From: Nitrosopumilaceae archaeon
GTDB taxonomy: Archaea; Thermoproteota; Nitrososphaeria; Nitrososphaerales; Nitrosopumilaceae
Assembly: GCA_052390375.1 (NCBI GenBank)
Contig: JBQTHA010000002.1
Coordinates: 1-61,116 of the forward strand
Direction of reading: 5' to 3'
DNA: 61,116 bases
In this document: positions 54,418-61,116 of the stretch, piece by piece
Numbering within the stretch: position 1 is the first letter of the stretch
How the letters are laid out: every line of letters starts with the position of its first letter
The notes under the pieces: generated by a model
Database searches by the model: none
The model's input: only the letters and a program-made list of their open reading frames with translations
What the model was told of the DNA's origin: nothing
Translations under genes and position numbers: made by a program

Positions 54418-55731
54418 TTTCCCATTTTCTTTTTCATATTTTCTTTGTTGAGGCAACATTATGTATACGCAAGCACCACCACACATTGTACAAGGTACAT
54501 TGTTACCTGGTCTTTGACCAGTTCTGCCATGAATACGTGCAGCTTCTTCAGGGTCAATTGATAATGCTATTTGTTTTTCCCAATCTAGAGTACGTCTAGC
54601 TTCGGTCATTTTCATATCCCACTTGATTGCTTTTTCCCTCAACTTTACCAAATCACCTGCATGTGCGGCAATTCTATAAGCAATAAGGCCTGCTTTTACC
54701 TCCTCTGCATTTGGTAAAGCAAGATGCTCAGAAGGGGTCAAATAACACAACAAGTCAACGCCTTCACTAGCTGAAACTGCAGCTCCTATTGCACTTGCTA
54801 TATGGTCATGTCCAGAAGCTATATCGGTTACAAGAGGTCCTAAAACGTAATAGGGCACATCTCCAATTAACGATTTTGCCAATCTGACATTTGCTGCAAC
54901 CTCATTTAGTGGAACATGTCCAGGTCCTTCTACCATTACTTGAACATCTTTTTCATGGGCACGTTTTGTTAAACGTGCGATGTTAATCATTTCTTGAACT
55001 TGTAATTCATCATGTGAATCAAGAATAGAACCAGGTCTCAATGCATCACCTAAACTAAATGTCACATCATATTTTCGTGCAAGTTCAATTAGATAATCAT
55101 AATGAGTTATGTATGGATTTTCTTTATCATACTTGAGCATCCAAGCTGCAGTAATGGTTCCACCTTTACTTACAACCCCACCATATCTTTCAACCTTAAG
55201 TATTCTCTTAGCAATTTCCTTTGTAATTCCAGAATGAATTGTTGTATAGTCTACTCCATCTTTAGCATTATTTTCAAAGGCATTTAGAAAATCATCTTCA
55301 GTTAAATTCATTGGATTTTTGTGCTTTTCAACACCATGGTTGTAAGCTTCATAGATTGGTACAGTACCAAAGGTAATTGGGGCGACTTTTAGTAATTCCC
55401 TGCGTATCATTCCCACATCTCCTCCATCACTAAGATCCATTATTGTATCAGCATGATATTTTACAGCAATCTTGGCTTTTTCAATCTCTTCCTGAAGATT
55501 GACTTTCAAAGTTGAGGTTCCAATGTTTACATTAACTTTTGTTTTCATGCCTTTACCTATCCCAACGTTGTGAATTTTTTGAGGTCTTGCGTTATTGCTA
55601 GGAATAATGATTGAGCCACTTGCAATTTTAGGTATTAACCAGTCTAAGGTCACATCCTCGTCTTTTGCGACAAGTTTCATTTCATCAGTAGCAACACCTC
55701 TTCGTGCCGCATTCATTTGTGTGCCCAACAT
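54400..55731 (-). CDS. thiC: Phosphomethylpyrimidine synthase
   Basis: Full-length ThiC similarity and a C-terminal CTMCGGAC cluster motif. The ATG at 55731 (MLGTQMNAARRG..) is preferred; the track start at 55761 is a TTG lying 3 nt from the TATA candidate. Confidence 0.93.
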   Translation of the reverse strand: MLGTQMNAARRGVATDEMKLVAKDEDVTLDWLIPKIASGSIIIPSNNARPQKIHNVGIGKGMKTKVNVNIGTSTLKVNLQEEIEKAKIAVKYHADTIMDLSDGGDVGMIRRELLKVAPITFGTVPIYEAYNHGVEKHKNPMNLTEDDFLNAFENNAKDGVDYTTIHSGITKEIAKRILKVERYGGVVSKGGTITAAWMLKYDKENPYITHYDYLIELARKYDVTFSLGDALRPGSILDSHDELQVQEMINIARLTKRAHEKDVQVMVEGPGHVPLNEVAANVRLAKSLIGDVPYYVLGPLVTDIASGHDHIASAIGAAVSASEGVDLLCYLTPSEHLALPNAEEVKAGLIAYRIAAHAGDLVKLREKAIKWDMKMTEARRTLDWEKQIALSIDPEEAARIHGRTGQRPGNNVPCTMCGGACVYIMLPQQRKYEKENGKLQKIE

Positions 55732-55752
55732 AGTATGTACATTTTTACTAGA

Positions 55753-55758
55753 TTTAAA
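55753..55758. promoter_or_regulatory. Palindromic TTTAAA TATA-box candidate shared by divergent thiC and thiDN
   Basis: Its centre lies about 25 nt from the thiC ATG (55731, minus strand) and about 27 nt from the thiDN ATG (55783, plus strand). Confidence 0.4.
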
Positions 55759-55782
55759 CAATAGTCCTTTAGGAGAACTGAA

Positions 55783-57087
55783 ATGAACTTACTTTCTATT
55801 GCAGGTTCTGATCCATCTTCGGGTGCTGGAATACAAAACGATATCAAAACTTTCACATCATTAGGATCATATGCATTAACTGTAATTACATCGATAACAA
55901 GCCAAAACACTACAAAATTTGGTAATATAGAACCAATTTCTTCAAAAATGATTAAAAACCAAATTGATTCCATTTTTTCTGATTTTAAGGTTGATGCCAT
56001 CAAGATAGGAATGGTTTACAATTCCTCTACGATTAGAGCAATTTTCTTGAAACTATCAAAGACTAGTATCCCAATAATTCTTGATCCTATAATAAAATCT
56101 ACAACTGGAGGGAGATTAATGAAAAAAGATGCTCTTAAGGATTACAAGAAATATCTTGTTCCCATTGCTCATACAATTACACCAAATGTGTCAGAAGCAT
56201 CAACTCTTACTGGAATTACTATAAAAAATAAACAGGACCTACTTAGATGTGCCAGCAAAATACAAGATCTAGGAGTAAAGAATGTCGTCATTACAGGAAT
56301 TACTTTTAAAAAAGGCGAAATTTCAGATTTTGTTTTGGAAGACTCGAAAAAATATTTCATTTCAGGAAAGAAATTAGAGCAAGTTAATCACGGAAGTGGA
56401 TGTAATTTTTCTTCGGCATTAACTGCAGCAATTGCTAGCGGCAAGAATCTTCGCAATGCAGTAAAGTTTGCAAAAAAGTTTACGTATAATTCAATTAAGA
56501 ATTCAAAAAAAATAGGAAAAGGCATACCAATTACTCATTCTACGCTTAAAGCCGATACTAACAAAGAAATTCTAGAGAATGCTATTCATGATTTTCAAAA
56601 TTTTAAGAAAATTTATTCAGTCATACCTGAATGCCAGACTAATTTTGTATACGCTAAAGAAAAAATAAAATCTACTAAAGACATCCTTGGAGTCTCTGGA
56701 AGAATTGTAAAAGCTGGCAAAGATGTTGTCGTAGCAGGAAGTTTAGAATATGGAGGATCAAAACACGTTGCTTCTGCATTATTGGAAATTGCTAAAAAGT
56801 TTCCACAGATGAGATCTGCTATAAATGTAAAGTATGATCTAAATTTAATAAATACAGGTCGTAAAAATGGTCTGATGGTAAAAAGCTACGATAGATCTAA
56901 AGAGCCATCCAATGTAAAAAGAAAAGAAAGTGAATCAATTTCCTGGGGAATAAAACAAGCAATTAATAATTTGGATGTTCCTCCAGATATAATATTTCAT
57001 AAAGGCGACTTTGGAAAAGAACCAATGGTTTTGATTTTTGGTAGAAATCCAAGTGAAATAGTCGAAAAGGTTTCGAAAATTTTGTAA
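55783..57087 (+). CDS. thiDN: Bifunctional HMP/HMP-P kinase and thiamine-phosphate synthase (ThiD-ThiN fusion)
   Basis: N-terminus LSIAGSDPSSGAGIQNDIKTF (ThiD) plus an approximately 180-aa C-terminal ThiN-like domain; 434 aa. Confidence 0.9.
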   Translation: MNLLSIAGSDPSSGAGIQNDIKTFTSLGSYALTVITSITSQNTTKFGNIEPISSKMIKNQIDSIFSDFKVDAIKIGMVYNSSTIRAIFLKLSKTSIPIILDPIIKSTTGGRLMKKDALKDYKKYLVPIAHTITPNVSEASTLTGITIKNKQDLLRCASKIQDLGVKNVVITGITFKKGEISDFVLEDSKKYFISGKKLEQVNHGSGCNFSSALTAAIASGKNLRNAVKFAKKFTYNSIKNSKKIGKGIPITHSTLKADTNKEILENAIHDFQNFKKIYSVIPECQTNFVYAKEKIKSTKDILGVSGRIVKAGKDVVVAGSLEYGGSKHVASALLEIAKKFPQMRSAINVKYDLNLINTGRKNGLMVKSYDRSKEPSNVKRKESESISWGIKQAINNLDVPPDIIFHKGDFGKEPMVLIFGRNPSEIVEKVSKIL

Positions 57088-57158
57088 GTCAAGTTTGATT
57101 GTAGTGTATTAGAAATCTATATCCTAACATAAATAGTCATTATTTCAAATACAAACTC

Positions 57159-57860
57159 GTGAAAGCTGTAATATTAGCAGGTGGTCTAGGTACTAGATTA
57201 CAACCATATACAACATTTGTTCCAAAACCAATGCTTCCTCTAGGAGAAAAACCACTGCTAGAACACCTCATTGAATGGTTAAGAAAAAACGGTATTAAAA
57301 ATACAGTTTTGTGTGTAAGTTATCTTAGAAAAACCATCGAGGATTATTTTGAGGATGGCGCAAGATTTGGGATGAATATAGAATATGCAGTAGCAAGCAA
57401 GCCTCTTGCAACTGCAGGACAGTTAAAAACTGCAGAGCAATTAATTGATGATTCATTTGTTTGTGTTTATGGGGATTCAATTTTTGATTTTAATTTAAGA
57501 GAAATGATCAATCAGCATAAGAAAAAAAGATCTTTTATCACTATGAGCCTTTACGAGTATAAAACCAGACTCAACTATGGAGTGATCGAAACCTCAAAGA
57601 ATGGTAGAGTCACAGGGTGGAATGAAAAACCCGAGATTAAGGCTAACATCAATATCGGTTGTTATTTGATGGAGCCCCAAGTTTTTGACCTAATTCCCAG
57701 TAACAAGCCGTATGGAATGGATGATGTTATCAAAAAAGCCATCGCCAGAAAAAAACCAGTTAACAGCTTCCTAACGAAAAAGGGATTCATGGACGTGGGG
57801 GATAAAGCATCCTATAAGAAGGCCTATCAACAATTTCTTGAAAAATTAGGAAATATTTGA
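57159..57860 (+). CDS. Sugar-1-phosphate nucleotidylyltransferase
   Basis: KAVILAGGLGTRLQPYT signature; 233 aa; GTG start. Confidence 0.85.
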   Translation: MKAVILAGGLGTRLQPYTTFVPKPMLPLGEKPLLEHLIEWLRKNGIKNTVLCVSYLRKTIEDYFEDGARFGMNIEYAVASKPLATAGQLKTAEQLIDDSFVCVYGDSIFDFNLREMINQHKKKRSFITMSLYEYKTRLNYGVIETSKNGRVTGWNEKPEIKANINIGCYLMEPQVFDLIPSNKPYGMDDVIKKAIARKKPVNSFLTKKGFMDVGDKASYKKAYQQFLEKLGNI

Positions 57861-57869
57861 TGGCTAGAA

Positions 57870-58307
57870 ATGGTTGACATAACAATAAGAGAATTAGAAG
57901 AAAAAGACCTCTTCAATGGCTTTTTACAATCAATGGATTCCCTTAAACCAGCAAGCAATATTGACAAAGAAAAAGCAATTGAAATTTACAACAAAATTAA
58001 ATCCAACCCAAATCATTTAGTGTACGTTGCAATTTTAGATGAGAGAGTTGTTGGTTCGACAACTATGTTAATTGAACCAAAATTTATCCATGATGGTGGA
58101 AATGTATCTCATATTGAAGATGTGGTAGTATCAAAAGAATATCAAGGAAAGGGCATTGGTGAAATGTTAGTTCAATCATTACTAGAACTCGCTAAAGATA
58201 ATAATTGTTATAAAACAATTTTAGATTGTTCTGATGAAGTAAAACCATTTTATGAAAAAATTGGTTTCAAAAGACATTCAAATGGTATGCGTTACGACCA
58301 TTTTTAG
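57870..58307 (+). CDS. GNAT-family N-acetyltransferase (glucosamine-6-P N-acetyltransferase-like)
   Basis: Acetyl-CoA motif VSKEYQGKGIGEMLVQSLLELAK; adjacent to a sugar nucleotidyltransferase. Confidence 0.8.
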   Translation: MVDITIRELEEKDLFNGFLQSMDSLKPASNIDKEKAIEIYNKIKSNPNHLVYVAILDERVVGSTTMLIEPKFIHDGGNVSHIEDVVVSKEYQGKGIGEMLVQSLLELAKDNNCYKTILDCSDEVKPFYEKIGFKRHSNGMRYDHF

Positions 58308-58726
58308 AGATATTCTTTTTTCGGTTTAGGTTTTTTTATTCTAAACAATATCACACCGAAAATCATTACAGGAATAGAGACTCCCATAAAGAGAGGCGGA
58401 GTAATAATTACAGTTCCAATCATGTAAGCTTGATCTATACTATCAATGAGGGATTGAGCTATCAACATACCAACAAAAAGTATTACTCCACTTGCAATTA
58501 TCATTAGACCGATTGGTTTTGAACCATATCTTTTTGACATAATAAAAGTAGTTCCAGCTAGCACACACGCCGGTGCAACGCCAATGGAAATAAATTGTAA
58601 AATTTTTGGTTCTGGTTCAACCTCTCTTGGTGGCTCTATCATGAAAATATAAAGAGTAATAATTTCGCCAACAAACATAATGAACAAACCAAGACTTGCT
58701 GCAGCTATGTATTTTTCAATTCCCAT
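58304..58726 (-). CDS. Polytopic membrane protein (4 TM), hypothetical
   Basis: 140 aa with four hydrophobic helices and a basic C-terminus, KKPKPKKEYL. Confidence 0.55.
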   Translation of the reverse strand: MGIEKYIAAASLGLFIMFVGEIITLYIFMIEPPREVEPEPKILQFISIGVAPACVLAGTTFIMSKRYGSKPIGLMIIASGVILFVGMLIAQSLIDSIDQAYMIGTVIITPPLFMGVSIPVMIFGVILFRIKKPKPKKEYL

Positions 58727-58770
58727 ACAACTTGAGACTTTATAGAAGATAATTAAACTATGCAGAGTGT

Positions 58771-59787
58771 CTATACGATACCTACTAGGCTAGCTAGTTC
58801 TTTTCGACATGAAGCACCTAGTTTTTCAGCTGCTTGTTCAGGAGAGATTTTATTCAAAAATACTCCATACCCACGCTCCAGTCCAGACCAGGGGGCAGTA
58901 ATTGGGTACACCTCAATATGCCAATGAATTTGTCTGCTGTTCTTTTTTTCAGGTGACAGATGAAAGACGAAATTATAAGATAAATCGGTGATGCTATTTG
59001 TTAATCCACCTAGGGTTGCGCGTAAAATCAAAGAAAGATCGTTTATTTCTTTTTGAGTAATTTTTGAAAAGCTGGTTGTATGTTTTTTAGGACAAATCCA
59101 AAATTCGTATGGATGTGATGGGGCCCAAGGACAAAAGGCAATGAATCCCTCACTTTGTAAAATTTGTCTTGGTCCTCCAGTTTCAGCTGTTACGGTTTGA
59201 CATAATGCACAAACGCCTTTTTCATTCAAAATCCTATGTGTGGCCTCGGCTTCAGCTTCAATTACTGGCGGGATGGTAGAAAATGTCACCACATGCAAGT
59301 GAGGATGAGAAATCTCGGCACCTGCTTCCTTGCCATGATTTGCATAAATCGAAACATAGGTCACTCCTTTCTGTGTGTATAACCATCTTAGCCTGTCTTG
59401 AATAACTACAAGTATGTTTGACCACTGTTCAACATCAATTGTTGCAAAAGAGTCATTTTGGTTTGGAGAAGCAACTACGATATAATGATAGCCATAAGCA
59501 GGTTCGCTGTAGTGAGGTTTATCGCTATAGGTATTTTCTGTCGTGATGGATACGGCTGGATTTTTGCTTTCAAAAACCCTTATTGTCCAACCTTTAACAT
59601 AACTATCTTCACTATCTTGAAGTCTTTGTAACATACCATCTCTTGCTACCAGAGAAAGAACTGAAGGGTTTGTCATAGATTCATTTCCAGGGGAATAAGG
59701 TGATTTTTTACTATCTACAGCTTTACCATTACCTGAAGATATGATCATAAATCTTTCAAGAATAGAATCTTTGCGCATCTCTCCCAT
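58771..59787 (-). CDS. galT: Galactose-1-phosphate uridylyltransferase-like (GalT/HIT superfamily) nucleotidyltransferase
   Basis: SHPHLHV histidine-triad-like active site and a second HWHIEV half-site; 338 aa. Confidence 0.82.
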   Translation of the reverse strand: MGEMRKDSILERFMIISSGNGKAVDSKKSPYSPGNESMTNPSVLSLVARDGMLQRLQDSEDSYVKGWTIRVFESKNPAVSITTENTYSDKPHYSEPAYGYHYIVVASPNQNDSFATIDVEQWSNILVVIQDRLRWLYTQKGVTYVSIYANHGKEAGAEISHPHLHVVTFSTIPPVIEAEAEATHRILNEKGVCALCQTVTAETGGPRQILQSEGFIAFCPWAPSHPYEFWICPKKHTTSFSKITQKEINDLSLILRATLGGLTNSITDLSYNFVFHLSPEKKNSRQIHWHIEVYPITAPWSGLERGYGVFLNKISPEQAAEKLGASCRKELASLVGIV

Positions 59788-59938
59788 TACAAATAGAGAA
59801 AAAATTTACGTGTTAAAAGCTTTCTATGGATCGATATTTTTAGATAAATTGGTCAAACTGATTGCAAGATTTAAAGTAACCATAACAATTGCAGAAGAAA
59901 GGAGCTGAATAAGCATCGCAGAAAATTCTGATGTGCAC

Positions 59939-61116
59939 ATGGTTTATGTCTTATTAGATGGAGTAGGAGATCTTCCACATCCAGATCTCAAAGGAAAGAC
60001 TCCTTTAGATTCTGCAGTTACTCCAAATCTTGATAAATTAACAAAAAATGGTGCCATGGGAGAAGTTATTTCAGTTGGTAAGGGAATTGCTCCTGAATCT
60101 GACATTGCTGTTTTCAACATGCTAGGTTACAAATTTCAGCATGACGACTATGTTGGAAGAGGTGTTATTGAAGCAATAGGCGTAGGAACTGATTTTAAAG
60201 ATGGAGATTTGGCGTTAAGAGGAAACTTTGCGACATTAAATGATGATGGAGTCATCATAGACAGAAGAGCAGGAAGAAGAATTGAGCGAGAAGATGCACT
60301 AGAAATTGCAAAAGAAATTGAACAACATACTAGATTTTCTATCCCCAATACTTCTGTAGTAGTAGCACCAACAATTGGACATAGGGTCACAGTTAGGATT
60401 AGATGTGATGGACAACCTCTCTCATCGGATATAACTAATTCAGATCCTGCATATTCCAGAATCGCAGGGATGGGCATAGCAAAAGCGGTTACTGATTATA
60501 TGAAAATCGAAAAATGCCTTCCCTTAAATGAGTCATCTAGCTCTAGCCTTACTGCCAAATTAGTTAATGAATTTACGGAACAGGCACTTAGCATAATGAA
60601 ACGAAGTGAAGTTAACCATAGAAGAAACAAAAATGGCAAGAAGCTTCTAAACAGCATACTATTACGTGATGCTGGAAATAGATACCCAGTAGTAAAACCG
60701 ATAAATGATTTGTATTCGATGAATTTTTCATGTATTGTTGATATGCCAGTTGAATTGGGTATCTCAGAAGTTCTAAAAATGAAGGCCTATAGTGCCGGAG
60801 GTATGACCGATTATGAGGAAAAAGCAAGAGTTGCAACAAAAGCAATGGAAACGCAAAATGCCATTTACGTTCATTTGAAAGGACCTGATGAATTTGGCCA
60901 TGATGGCGATGCCATTGGAAAAATGAAAAACATTGAAGAGATTGACAGAAGATTCTTTGGAACTTTACTTGAGAATATTGATACCAAGAAGATATCTGTG
61001 ATGATTTCTGCAGATCATTCTACCCCATGTATTAACAAGGGTCATAGTGATGATCCTGTACCTCTTCTTGTCTCAGGGGATTCAATTAAAAAAGATAACA
61101 CTGTAAGGTTTACCGA
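59939..61116 (+). CDS. apgM: 2,3-bisphosphoglycerate-independent phosphoglycerate mutase, archaeal type, truncated by the window edge
   Basis: Hand translation gives MVYVLLDGVGDLPHPDLKGKTPLDSAVTPNLDKL.. ..HLKGPDEFGHDGD.. ..SADHSTPC... Open to the window end, so absent from the ORF track. Confidence 0.9.
   Translation, partial: MVYVLLDGVGDLPHPDLKGKTPLDSAVTPNLDKLTKNGAMGEVISVGKGIAPESDIAVFNMLGYKFQHDDYVGRGVIEAIGVGTDFKDGDLALRGNFATLNDDGVIIDRRAGRRIEREDALEIAKEIEQHTRFSIPNTSVVVAPTIGHRVTVRIRCDGQPLSSDITNSDPAYSRIAGMGIAKAVTDYMKIEKCLPLNESSSSSLTAKLVNEFTEQALSIMKRSEVNHRRNKNGKKLLNSILLRDAGNRYPVVKPINDLYSMNFSCIVDMPVELGISEVLKMKAYSAGGMTDYEEKARVATKAMETQNAIYVHLKGPDEFGHDGDAIGKMKNIEEIDRRFFGTLLENIDTKKISVMISADHSTPCINKGHSDDPVPLLVSGDSIKKDNTVRFT

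Noticed and set aside
55732-55782. TPP riboswitch upstream of thiC or thiDN
   Set aside because: The intergenic region is only about 51 bp, whereas a TPP aptamer needs about 100 nt, and I see no CUGAGA/ACCUGA core.
1-61116. CRISPR arrays, transposons or IS elements, prophage, restriction-modification or other defence systems
   Set aside because: I found no regularly spaced repeats, transposase, integrase or recombinase, phage structural genes, or nuclease, helicase or ATPase defence-type genes on either strand.

Overview
AT-rich, densely packed archaeal chromosomal window. TFB, TBP, class I LysRS, Elp3, the ADHS/DHQS-II shikimate route, ThiDN and F420 cofCDGH mark it as archaeal. Gene content and composition fit an ammonia-oxidising thaumarchaeon (Nitrosopumilus-like), but that is inference only; no search was possible. 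I support about 70 protein genes, 2 tRNAs (Pro-UGG, Arg-GCG) and an RNase P RNA that the ORF track cannot show. The track also misses two edge-truncated CDSs: a CPBP protease 3' end at the left edge and apgM at the right edge. Most of the window is core metabolism: F420 biosynthesis (cofC-cofD, cofG-cofH), a near-complete aromatic amino acid supraoperon (44.6-54.4 kb), thiamine (thiC/thiDN), purM, menaquinone-type genes (UbiD plus an MqnC/E-like radical SAM enzyme), and translation and transcription factors. I see no CRISPR array, transposase, integrase, restriction or other recognisable defence gene, and no convincing mobile element. The best candidates for undescribed biology are: (1) a same-strand sensor-like block at 33.9-36.6 kb (hemerythrin, methyltransferase, atypical PII translationally coupled to a tandem-CDGSH Fe-S protein); (2) extremely basic small proteins (a LIM-like finger with a 70-aa K/R tail; an 82-aa Arg-rich protein); (3) a J-like protein with HSD in place of HPD, plus a nearby stand-alone DnaJ-type zinc finger; (4) a G+C-rich A/P/Q-rich gene that shares a C-terminal GS[ML]PKG[WF] motif with an unrelated membrane protein; (5) an 1100-aa secreted LTD protein with about 7 tandem Ig-like repeats. 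All functional interpretations of these are hypotheses.
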